Below, one piece after another: positions 28,147 through 36,541 of a stretch of DNA of 64,000 bases (its first letter is position 1; every line of letters starts with the position of its first letter). The stretch covers positions 128,001 through 192,000 of the forward strand of contig JAXMOL010000001.1 of the NCBI GenBank assembly GCA_034669905.1, written 5' to 3'. Below the pieces are notes generated by a model. It was not told where the DNA came from. It saw only the letters and a program-made list of their open reading frames with translations, and searched no databases. Origin of the DNA: Candidatus Hydrogenedentota bacterium (GTDB lineage Bacteria > Hydrogenedentota > Hydrogenedentia > Hydrogenedentales > JAEUWI01). The translations under genes were made by a program, and so were the position numbers.

Positions 28147-30072
28147 ATGCGGCAGGTATTTCTCGGGCAATTCAGGGGTATTCCCTCTAAGTCCTTACTC
28201 CTATGTAAGCGATGTCATATCGGCATAATGCTCAGCCTCTTATTGAGCATCGGTGTTATGCCAGACGTTTATGCACAGGATTTGTTGTTGGGTTTTGCGG
28301 GATCGATTGGCGGGAGCGGCACCGATTTAAGTCAGAGTGTCGCCGTCGACAGTGTGGGGGCGGTGTATGTAACGGGTAGATTTCAGGGCACGGTGGATAT
28401 GGACCCCGGCCCAGGCGTGTTAACCGTTACAAGTGCCGGTGACTACGATATGTTCGTGTACAAACTGGACGCTGCGGGCGTCTTGCAGTGGGCGACAACT
28501 TTTGGTGGAACTGGCCGAGACGCAGGCTTAGACATTGCCGTGGATGATTTCGGCGGGGTTTACCTCACGGGCACCTATGTCGGACCGGTGGATTTTGACC
28601 CGGGTGCGGGGGTTTACGAACTTTCGAACATCGGGGGCTTTGTCCTGAAGTTAGACGCTACGGGAAATTTTCATTGGGTTGGCAATTGCGGCACTGAACC
28701 CAATAGTCTCGCCCTGGATTCATCCGCGAACGTCCATGTTGCGGGATCATTTCGGGGCGCAGCCGACTTTGATCCCGGGCCCGGTCTGGCGAAGTTAACG
28801 AGCGCGGGTATGAACGACAGTTTCGTATGCAAGTGGGATACCTCGGGCACGTTTCAATGGGTCGGGGCCATTGGCGGGAGCAACATCGTCCTTGGCACAG
28901 GCATATCCGTTGATGCCTCCGGGGGCGTTTACATCACCGGGCCATTCACCGGTACGGTGGATTGCGATCCCGGAGTCGGAACCTCCTTCCTCACCAGCGC
29001 ATCAGGCTTCGAGACATACATCAGCAAACTGAATGCTACGGGCGCATTTCAATGGGCCGGCGCTATGGGGGGCGTTGCAAACAGCTATGGGTCGGCGATT
29101 GCGGCAAGTAGCGCGGGTGACGTCTATGTCACCGGCGGGTTTAGCGCGACGGTAGACTTCGACCCCGGTCCTGGAAACTTTTTCCTGTCGCACAGCGGCG
29201 GAAATCAGGATAACTTTATTTGTAAGCTGGACGCCTCCGGCGCGTTTCAGTGGGTCCGCTCCCTGGGGGGCAGTGGGGAAGAAATCGGCCGAGGCATCGC
29301 CCTGGATTCCGCAGACAATGTCTATTGTGCCGGGCTTTTTTCCGGCACGGCAGATTTTGATCCCGGACCGGGAGTTTATTCATTCACGAGTGTTGGCTGG
29401 GATCATTTCGTCTGGAAGTTGGATTCGGCGGGCGCCCTACTGTGGGCCGGGCCAATGGGCGGGGGACGGGACGGTTTGCTCACCGGGGCCACGGGACACG
29501 CCGTAGCGCCTGGGGCCGCTGGTAATGTCTACAGCATAGGCTGGTTCAAGGGCACGGCCGACTTCGACCCCCATTCGGGTGTGTATAACCTCCGTGGCGC
29601 CGGAGGCTTTGATGGCTTTGTGTTGAAGCTCGAGCCCCAATCTATACCGGTTGCCACAGACGACATGGGAGAAACGGACGCCAATATACCGCTCTCCAGA
29701 TTAAGTATGCCCACGAATTCCAGCGTCCTGGCGAATGACACGGACCTGAACTCCCTCGCCGCGCTCTACGTGTCTGCCTACGACGCGACGAGTGTGTTGG
29801 GAGCGCGTGTCACCGTCAACCCAGATGGGACTTTCAATTATGACCCGACTGCGGTCGGCGCACTACAAGCCATGAGTTCCGGGGATTCGATGACCGACAG
29901 CTTCACCTATACCGTCAGTGATTCTATGGACACCGCAGTTGCTACTGTGACGATTATCGTTTACGGGCCCGGAACCTCGCTGCCTGCCACGTCGATGGGG
30001 ACCACTGTTCTGTTGTGCCTGGTATTGGTACTCGCAGCGATGTGGACACAGCGTCGGGCCTCGTCATCGTGA
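28147..30072 (+). CDS. Surface protein with beta-propeller (SBBP-like) repeats, cadherin/Ig-like domain and C-terminal sorting/anchor signal
   Basis: About 7 repeats 'G..IAVD..G.VY.TG.F.GT.DFDPGPG'; 'VLANDTD...VN.DGTF.YDP...DSFTYTVSD'; LPAT + TM + RR tail; start may be downstream (e.g. 28228). Confidence 0.8.
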   Translation: MRQVFLGQFRGIPSKSLLLCKRCHIGIMLSLLLSIGVMPDVYAQDLLLGFAGSIGGSGTDLSQSVAVDSVGAVYVTGRFQGTVDMDPGPGVLTVTSAGDYDMFVYKLDAAGVLQWATTFGGTGRDAGLDIAVDDFGGVYLTGTYVGPVDFDPGAGVYELSNIGGFVLKLDATGNFHWVGNCGTEPNSLALDSSANVHVAGSFRGAADFDPGPGLAKLTSAGMNDSFVCKWDTSGTFQWVGAIGGSNIVLGTGISVDASGGVYITGPFTGTVDCDPGVGTSFLTSASGFETYISKLNATGAFQWAGAMGGVANSYGSAIAASSAGDVYVTGGFSATVDFDPGPGNFFLSHSGGNQDNFICKLDASGAFQWVRSLGGSGEEIGRGIALDSADNVYCAGLFSGTADFDPGPGVYSFTSVGWDHFVWKLDSAGALLWAGPMGGGRDGLLTGATGHAVAPGAAGNVYSIGWFKGTADFDPHSGVYNLRGAGGFDGFVLKLEPQSIPVATDDMGETDANIPLSRLSMPTNSSVLANDTDLNSLAALYVSAYDATSVLGARVTVNPDGTFNYDPTAVGALQAMSSGDSMTDSFTYTVSDSMDTAVATVTIIVYGPGTSLPATSMGTTVLLCLVLVLAAMWTQRRASSS

Positions 30073-30680
30073 TGTGAGGCGTGAGGTCAATGTCGGCCCG
30101 TGACCTTCACTCCTGAAAACTCCGGGGAGCACATGCGCGTGGCACATTCTGAAGGGTGCCCACTGCACCGATAAGCTCCAGAGCGGGCATCTATTCCGGG
30201 GCCATGACCGTGTGCCTGGGGTGAGTGCGTGGAATGCGCGGCACGGGTCGCGGGCGCCCTTTTGAGGGAGCAAGTGCTTCCGAGCCATTCTTACCGTTGG
30301 ACGCTCGACGCGCTGGGAAGATGGCCGAGCGCGCCCGGCCGCCCCGTCACCACACTTGCCAAAAGAAAGCAAACATTCCTGTTGTTTTTTATGCTTAACA
30401 GGTGTATACTTTCACAATTCTATGTTAACAACCACCCCATGCGACAAGAGGATTAAACAGGCGGGCACGTCGCACCCCACCCGGGAAGCCTCGGAGGAGT
30501 CCCCACCCCGGCCTTGAGACAATTGCGCTAACGGCCCGTGAAGCCTGGCGGCAGCGTCTTCCAGGCCCTATCACAAAACAACTACCCTCAAAAAAAGTAG
30601 CCGAGCCTGCGGCCACCCATTGCGATCCGGCAAGACTTCAATGGAATGGTACGTGCAGGCCCGACTGGGAGAACGTAATT

Positions 30681-31652
30681 ATGAAGATCCAACGTGGATT
30701 CACGCTGATCGAGTTGTTGGTGGTTATCGCCATTATAGGCATTTTAGCCGCCATCCTTCTACCTGCCCTCGCCCGCGCACGGGAAGCCGCACGCCGCGCC
30801 TCCTGCCAGAACAACCTCAAACAGTGGGGCCTGGTCTTCACCATGTATGCCAACGAGAGTGAAGGCGAAACGTACCCCCGCATGCAGACCTCGTGGGAAG
30901 CCATCCATGACTGCGACACGGACACCGAGGTGTATCCGGCCGTCCCCTTCGTCGGCGCACCGACCCATTGGCTCAATCCCCAGTTTGATTCGGTCTACCC
31001 CGAATACCTCAGCGATGGGGGTATCGTGGTCTGCCCCTCCAATTCCAGCTGGAGTCCCGACGACTTCTTCCAGGGCGCCCGTGGCATCAATGAAGTCAGC
31101 AAAGTCTGCTTTGCGCCCAATCCCGGACCCAGCTTTGGCCAGTTTGACAATAAACGGGGCCTGGCCCAGGTGGCGGAAAATTATTTCTACACCGGCTATG
31201 TGCTCGACCAGGTCGATGATTTCTCGCCCCAGGAAGCCATTTCGGTCCTCGAACCAGCCTCCACGGAAACCGGTCCGGCCCAGCTGATCTGGACCATGAA
31301 CCTGGCCATTGGCCACTTCTTCGGCGACGTGGTCGGACAGGACATTGAGCTGGGCACTACGGCGCCAGGTGCGGGTAACGCAGGGGGCGACACGGTCTTA
31401 CGCCTCCGCGACGGCATCGAGCGCTTCCTCATCACCGACATCAACAACCCGGGTGCCAGCGCGCAGGCCCAGAGCACGGTGTGGGTCATGGGGGATCGAC
31501 TGAGCACCTATGCAGCCGAATTCAACCACATCCCCGGTGGGGCTAACGTGCTCTACATGGACGGCCATGTGGAATTTATTCGCTATGAAGACGCCGCCCC
31601 CGCCGTTTCGGGTGTCGCCAAGGTCTTCGGCGAGCTTTCCCTTCACAGCTAA
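30681..31652 (+). CDS. DUF1559 / prepilin-type N-terminal cleavage-methylation domain protein
   Basis: [85 protein letters not shown]. Confidence 0.93.
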   Translation: MKIQRGFTLIELLVVIAIIGILAAILLPALARAREAARRASCQNNLKQWGLVFTMYANESEGETYPRMQTSWEAIHDCDTDTEVYPAVPFVGAPTHWLNPQFDSVYPEYLSDGGIVVCPSNSSWSPDDFFQGARGINEVSKVCFAPNPGPSFGQFDNKRGLAQVAENYFYTGYVLDQVDDFSPQEAISVLEPASTETGPAQLIWTMNLAIGHFFGDVVGQDIELGTTAPGAGNAGGDTVLRLRDGIERFLITDINNPGASAQAQSTVWVMGDRLSTYAAEFNHIPGGANVLYMDGHVEFIRYEDAAPAVSGVAKVFGELSLHS

Positions 31653-31662
31653 GGACACCATC

Positions 31663-32538
31663 ATGCATTACCCCTCCTTCTATCGCCTTGTCGGCTTCGC
31701 GGCCCTCTCAACCCTCATGGTGGCCCTGCCTGCCGCAGCAGCCCACCGGATCATCAGCACGGACGGCATTACCACCGAAATCCTGTTCGCGCTGGGCGCC
31801 GGTGATCAGGTGGTGGGCCGTGACTCGGGCTCCCTCTACCCGGAAGCGGCCGCCCAATTGCCCGATATCGGCTTGGGCCATCAGGTCAATCCGGAGTCGA
31901 TCCTCCAGATGAAGCCCACCATCGTCATCGGGCGGGATCGCCCCATGAGTCAGCCCGCTTTTCAGGTCCTGGAGTCTACCGGCCTGAAGGTCTTCCGCAT
32001 CCCCTCCGATCCCGGCCTGGATGTGGCCCGGAAGAATATCCGTACCCTGGCCAAATTCCTGGGTAAGGAAGACGCGGGCGAAGCCTTGATTGCCACGTTG
32101 AATAACGACGTGGCCAAGCTGGAAGCAAAGCAGGAGGCACAAAAGGACGTGGAGGCGCTGAAGCTTCTTGTGGTCTACCTCCGCCCCAACGCCACGCTCA
32201 TCATGGGCGAAGACAGCAATGCCACGGCGCTGGCCCACCTGGCGGGTGCCAAGAGCGCGCTGCCGGGCATCACGGGCTATAAGCCCCTTAATGCCGAGGC
32301 GGTGGTTCAGGCACAACCGGACGTTATCCTTTGCTACAAGAAGGGGCTGGAATCGGTGGGCGGACTGGAGGCCCTGTACAGTCAACCGGGCATTTCCGAA
32401 ACCCCGGCGGCGCGCAACAAACGCGTCATCGCCATGGATGATCTCCTGCTCGGTGGCTTTGGCCCCCGTAGCGGAGAAGCCCTCCTCGAATTGCACCATG
32501 CCCTCTACGACGTGGAAGGTCCCTATACAGGGAAATAG
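31663..32538 (+). CDS. hmuT: Heme ABC transporter periplasmic binding protein (HmuT/ShuT-like)
   Basis: ATG 31663 after AAGGA; TEILFALGAG.QVVGRD..S.YP, GYKPLNAEAVV.AQPDVIL, GFGPR. Confidence 0.85.
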   Translation: MHYPSFYRLVGFAALSTLMVALPAAAAHRIISTDGITTEILFALGAGDQVVGRDSGSLYPEAAAQLPDIGLGHQVNPESILQMKPTIVIGRDRPMSQPAFQVLESTGLKVFRIPSDPGLDVARKNIRTLAKFLGKEDAGEALIATLNNDVAKLEAKQEAQKDVEALKLLVVYLRPNATLIMGEDSNATALAHLAGAKSALPGITGYKPLNAEAVVQAQPDVILCYKKGLESVGGLEALYSQPGISETPAARNKRVIAMDDLLLGGFGPRSGEALLELHHALYDVEGPYTGK

Positions 32539-32547
32539 GACCTGCTC

Positions 32548-33558
32548 ATGCTCCGTGGTAAATACAGATTCGCCCTGATTGCCCTGGGCATTTCCTTGCC
32601 CATTATCCTGGCGTTGGCCGCCGGTCTGGGCGCGTACTACATACCCCCATGGAAGATTCCATGGATACTTTGGCACCGCGCGGAGGAAGACGGTTATCGT
32701 GTCCTGGCTTACATCCGTTTTCCCCGCGTGGTGCTCGCAGCAATCGTCGGTGCATCGCTGGCCTGCTCGGGGGCCTGTCTGCAGGGGCTCTTTCGCAATC
32801 CCCTGGCCGACCCCCAGTTGGTGGGTGTCACCGGTGGTGGGGCCCTCGGTGCGGCCTTGTGGCTCATGTTTGTGAGTTCCCCCGTGCTGGGCATGTGGGG
32901 CCTGCCCCTGGCGGCCTTTGTCTCCAGCGCGGCAGTGGTTTTCCTGGTGTGGCTCATCGCCCAACGGACCCACGCCAATGGGATGGTGACCATCCTCATG
33001 GCGGGTATCGCGGTGAACAGCATTGCCTTCGCGATTATCGGACTCCTGACGACCCTGGCCGACAACGAAAAGTTGCGCAGTTTCACCTTCTGGCAACTGG
33101 GCAGCTGCGGCTATGCCACCTGGCCCCTTACCTTCTGGACCCTCGGCCTCTCGTGCATCGGGCTCGCGCTCCTGCTTCGGGCAGGCAACGCCCTGAATGC
33201 CTTGGCCCTGGGCACCACGGAAGCCTTCAACCTGGGCATCGCGCCCAACCGGGTAAAGCGCCAGATCATTCTGGGCTGTGCCCTGTCCGTTGGCGCGTCG
33301 GTGGCCGCATCCGGGGGCATCGGTTTTGTCGGACTGGTCGTACCCCACCTCATCCGCATTGCCGTGGGCGCCGATCACCGCTGGTTGCTTCCCGCCTCGG
33401 CATTGGGCGGCGCGTCGCTGCTCGTCCTCGCCGATCTGGGGGCCCGGACTATCGCCATGCCGGTGGAACTCCCGGTGGGTGTCATTACGGCGTTGGTCGG
33501 CGGTCCGTGGTTTGTATGGCTCTTGATTCGAACCCATAAGGAACACGCCTATGCTTGA
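32548..33558 (+). CDS. hmuU: Heme ABC transporter permease (FecCD family)
   Basis: IRFPRV, QGLFRNPLADP, FWQLGS, IGFVGLVVPHLIR, ELPVGVIT. Confidence 0.9.
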   Translation: MLRGKYRFALIALGISLPIILALAAGLGAYYIPPWKIPWILWHRAEEDGYRVLAYIRFPRVVLAAIVGASLACSGACLQGLFRNPLADPQLVGVTGGGALGAALWLMFVSSPVLGMWGLPLAAFVSSAAVVFLVWLIAQRTHANGMVTILMAGIAVNSIAFAIIGLLTTLADNEKLRSFTFWQLGSCGYATWPLTFWTLGLSCIGLALLLRAGNALNALALGTTEAFNLGIAPNRVKRQIILGCALSVGASVAASGGIGFVGLVVPHLIRIAVGADHRWLLPASALGGASLLVLADLGARTIAMPVELPVGVITALVGGPWFVWLLIRTHKEHAYA

Positions 33559-34363
33559 GGCAAACGCATTGTCCTACCGCATTGGCACGAAGTTGCTCCT
33601 GGATGACTTTAATCTGACCGTCCATCCGGGGGACTTCGTGGCCCTCATCGGCCCCAATGGCGCGGGAAAATCCACGGCCCTCCGCTTACTGGGTGGCGAG
33701 CTACTTCCCGACAGTGGCACCGTCACGTTGGAGGGAGAAGGGCTTTCTGAACTGTCGCCCACCCAGTTGGCGCGAAAGCGGGCCTGCTTCCAGCAGAACC
33801 CTTCGGTGGACTACCCTTTCACGGTGCGCGAGATCGCCGACCTGGGGCGCCAACCCCATCGCCTCGGCCTGTTCGAAAGCCCCCATGACCGCCGTGTGGT
33901 GGACCAGTCCCTGGCGGCGGCGGGCATCACCCATCTGGAAGGCCGACTCCAAACGACCCTGTCCGGCGGAGAAGCCACCCGGGCCCATCTGGCGCGGGTG
34001 CTGGCCCAGGAACCCCGCCTGCTCCTGCTGGACGAGCCCACAAACCATCTGGACATCCACTACCAGCAGGAAATCCTCCAGGTTTGTCAGCAGCGTCGCC
34101 AGGAAGGCTGTGCCATTATCGCGGTGCTCCACGACCTCAACCTGGCCTCCCGCTTTGCCGACCAACTGGTGCTGCTCCACGAAGGGCGCACAGCGGCCCA
34201 GGGCACACCGGAAGAAGTCCTGACAGCGGCTTGTATCCACGACGTGTATGGCATTGAGAGCGTGGTCTGGAAACACCCCTGCGGGTGCCCCTGGGTCGTG
34301 CCCCTGTTGGACAGTCACCCCATTGAGACCCCAGAGGCCCTGCCCCTTGCAGCGGCCCATTAA
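33551..34363 (+). CDS. hmuV: Heme ABC transporter ATPase
   Basis: GPNGAGKST, LSGGE, LARVLAQ, LLLDEPTNHLD, VLHDLNLA. Confidence 0.9.
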   Translation: MLEANALSYRIGTKLLLDDFNLTVHPGDFVALIGPNGAGKSTALRLLGGELLPDSGTVTLEGEGLSELSPTQLARKRACFQQNPSVDYPFTVREIADLGRQPHRLGLFESPHDRRVVDQSLAAAGITHLEGRLQTTLSGGEATRAHLARVLAQEPRLLLLDEPTNHLDIHYQQEILQVCQQRRQEGCAIIAVLHDLNLASRFADQLVLLHEGRTAAQGTPEEVLTAACIHDVYGIESVVWKHPCGCPWVVPLLDSHPIETPEALPLAAAH

Positions 34364-34491
34364 ACCCGTTCTAGCAGCGCCCCACCTAGTCGTCTGATTT
34401 AGACAGATGGGCTGGTATTTCCATGGTAGATCTTAGTTCATGACCGGAATTCCGTGTCGCCCTTATATTTCGGCGTCTCTGCGAAGGGCGA

Positions 34492-34705
34492 TGGAACGGG
34501 CTTTCAGCCCTGTACGAATTTATTCGTCCCAAACATGGGGCGTTGCCCCATGCTGATATGCTTCCGGGCCGTTGGCCCTACAAAAGTCTTCCACCATGGA
34601 ACCAAGGCTGCTTCCATAGCGCCAAAGGCGTGCGACATACCAACCTGGGGCGAAGCCCCAGGAAACCAAGGTGTTAATTACGATAAGGGCTGAAAGTCCG
34701 ATCCA
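34492..34705. repeat. REPIN/MITE-like long inverted element built from three hairpin units
   Basis: Arms TGGAACGGGCTTTCAGCCCT / AGGGCTGAAAGTCCGATCCA; inner GGGGCGTTGCCCC / GGGGCGAAGCCCC; GGGCCGTTGGCCC / GCGCCAAAGGCG. Confidence 0.75.
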
Positions 34706-34773
34706 AGACGGTTAACAAAAACACCCACAACTTTCAATCAAATCATTTGGAAGCTATCGAAAGGAACACAAAT

Positions 34774-35820
34774 ATGAATACGGCAGAAGCTACCCAAAAC
34801 ACCCTGAGCACACGTTGGAACGCCTACCGGGCAGAACACCCGCGGGCCCGCATCTATGATGCCGCCATCGCACTCGAAGTCAGCGAAATGGAGTTACTCG
34901 CCACCGACTGCGGTGAAACGGCGACGCGCTTAAATGGCCCGTGCGGGGATATTCTGAAAGCCCTCGAAAAGGCGGGACCCATCATGGCCTTGACCCGTAA
35001 CCACTGGGCCGTCATCGAGAAGAAGGGGCAGTATAGCCCGGTCTCTTTCCACGGCCCGATGGGCCTCGTTTTGGATGAGGGCATCGACCTTCGCCTCTTC
35101 ATGACGACCTGGACGAATGCCTTCGCCGTCTACCACCCCAGCCACCCCCATTACAGCTACAGCATCCAATTCTTCGATGGCAGTGGCAGCGCCCTTCACA
35201 AGGTCTACCTGCCCCCGGAAGCATCGGGTGCCTGGCAGGACATTGTGGCCCAATTCAAGAGCGACGATCAGTCGAAAGAAGCGGAAGTCAGCCCGGCGTC
35301 CCCGGCGCCCGCCATCACCCCCGATGAGGATGTTGATCGGGAGGGCCTCCTGGAAGCCTGGGGCGCGCTGAAAGACACGCACGATTTCCACGGGATGTTG
35401 AAAAAGTTTGGCGTGGCCCGCACCCAGGCCATTCGCATGGCCGAGGGCACCTTCACCCGCCGCCTTCCCGTCTCGACGCACCGCACCATATTCGAGACGG
35501 CCGCGCAGGATGAACTCCCCATTATGGTTTTCGTCGGGAACAACGGCTGCATCGAAATCCACACCGGCCCCATCGAAAAAGTGCTGGAAGCCCGCGGTTG
35601 GTACAACATCATGGATCCCGACTTCAATCTTCATTTGCGCGAAGAGGGGATTCACGAAACCTGGCTGGTCCGGAAGCCCACCGAAGACGGCGTGGTCACC
35701 TCGGTAGAACTCTACGATGAGACCGGTAAGGAAATCGCCCAGATCTTTGGCAAACGTAAGCCGGGCATACCGGAATTGGACGCCTGGCGGACCCTGGCCG
35801 AGTCTCTCCCGGGACTCTAA
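34774..35820 (+). CDS. hemS: Hemin-degrading/trafficking factor HemS/ChuS/HmuS
   Basis: MALTRN..AVIEKKG.Y, IDLRLF, SIQFFD..G.ALHKVY, DTHDFHGML, IMVFVGN.GCIEIHTG, FNLHLRE, FG.RKPG.PE. Confidence 0.93.
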   Translation: MNTAEATQNTLSTRWNAYRAEHPRARIYDAAIALEVSEMELLATDCGETATRLNGPCGDILKALEKAGPIMALTRNHWAVIEKKGQYSPVSFHGPMGLVLDEGIDLRLFMTTWTNAFAVYHPSHPHYSYSIQFFDGSGSALHKVYLPPEASGAWQDIVAQFKSDDQSKEAEVSPASPAPAITPDEDVDREGLLEAWGALKDTHDFHGMLKKFGVARTQAIRMAEGTFTRRLPVSTHRTIFETAAQDELPIMVFVGNNGCIEIHTGPIEKVLEARGWYNIMDPDFNLHLREEGIHETWLVRKPTEDGVVTSVELYDETGKEIAQIFGKRKPGIPELDAWRTLAESLPGL

Positions 35821-35838
35821 GCCGAAACTGGCAGGGGT

Positions 35839-35886
35839 GGGAACGTGCAGCGGACCTGGTGCGAAGAGGCACCGTTGCACGTTCCC
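35839..35886 (+). terminator. Long hairpin downstream of hemS (terminator or REP-like)
   Basis: GGGAACGTGCAGCGG / CCGTTGCACGTTCCC, 14 of 15 pairs. Confidence 0.5.
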
Positions 35887-36026
35887 GATGATGCGCCGGG
35901 CAATGCCCCCCGGTGAATCGAGGCGAGAAACAGAACCTCGGCGGGGAACGAGGCGCACCTTGGGAAAACAGCGCCCCTGCGCGCGGCAGGGGCGAAGAAC
36001 GGGTAAGAAATCCGTCGGGGCGTCGA

Positions 36027-36197
36027 CTAGATCAGGTTGTAGTTATCCAGCAGGACGTACGTCACGAAGAGCGCGCTGAGAAAGGAAAACCAGAACGCGG
36101 GCAGACGACTTGCGTGGGTGCCGCAGTGGATGCAGAGTTTGGCATTGGCACGCATCGATTCGTTACAGGATCGGCATTTAACGTAGTAGACTTTCAT
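36027..36197 (-). CDS. Small zinc-ribbon membrane protein (56 aa)
   Basis: GAGGAGG RBS; MKVYYVKCRSC...CIHCG followed by a TM helix. Confidence 0.7.
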   Translation of the reverse strand: MKVYYVKCRSCNESMRANAKLCIHCGTHASRLPAFWFSFLSALFVTYVLLDNYNLI

Positions 36198-36541
36198 GGG
36201 CTTAATCCTCCTCTTCTGGGCCTGCCCCGGGGCGCCCCCTCGGTAACGCAAGGCTTGTGCCAACCCCCCTGAAACGACGTAACCTATGCATTACGTTCTT
36301 CTTAGGGCACATTCCCGGCCGCAACCCGTTGGGAAAGATGACGAAAAACTGTCACGTTGACCAATTGAAGTGCCGAACATTGGTCAACGTGCTCCGTCGC
36401 GAAGGGATTGCACCCGACGCCTTCAGGCCCGTCCCCCCCCTGCGGGACCCCGTACACAAATTGACTCCCCTCCTGTGACATGCTACGCTGACAGATCGAA
36501 CTGAATACTGGCTGCGAATCGATACGTCTACGAGGAAACTC

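Noticed and set aside
30075..30680. Cobalamin riboswitch or Fur/DtxR box upstream of the DUF1559-hmu locus
   Set aside because: Some hairpins and GGGAAG words occur, but I could not find the ordered B12-element core or a convincing iron-box palindrome; needs an Rfam/motif scan
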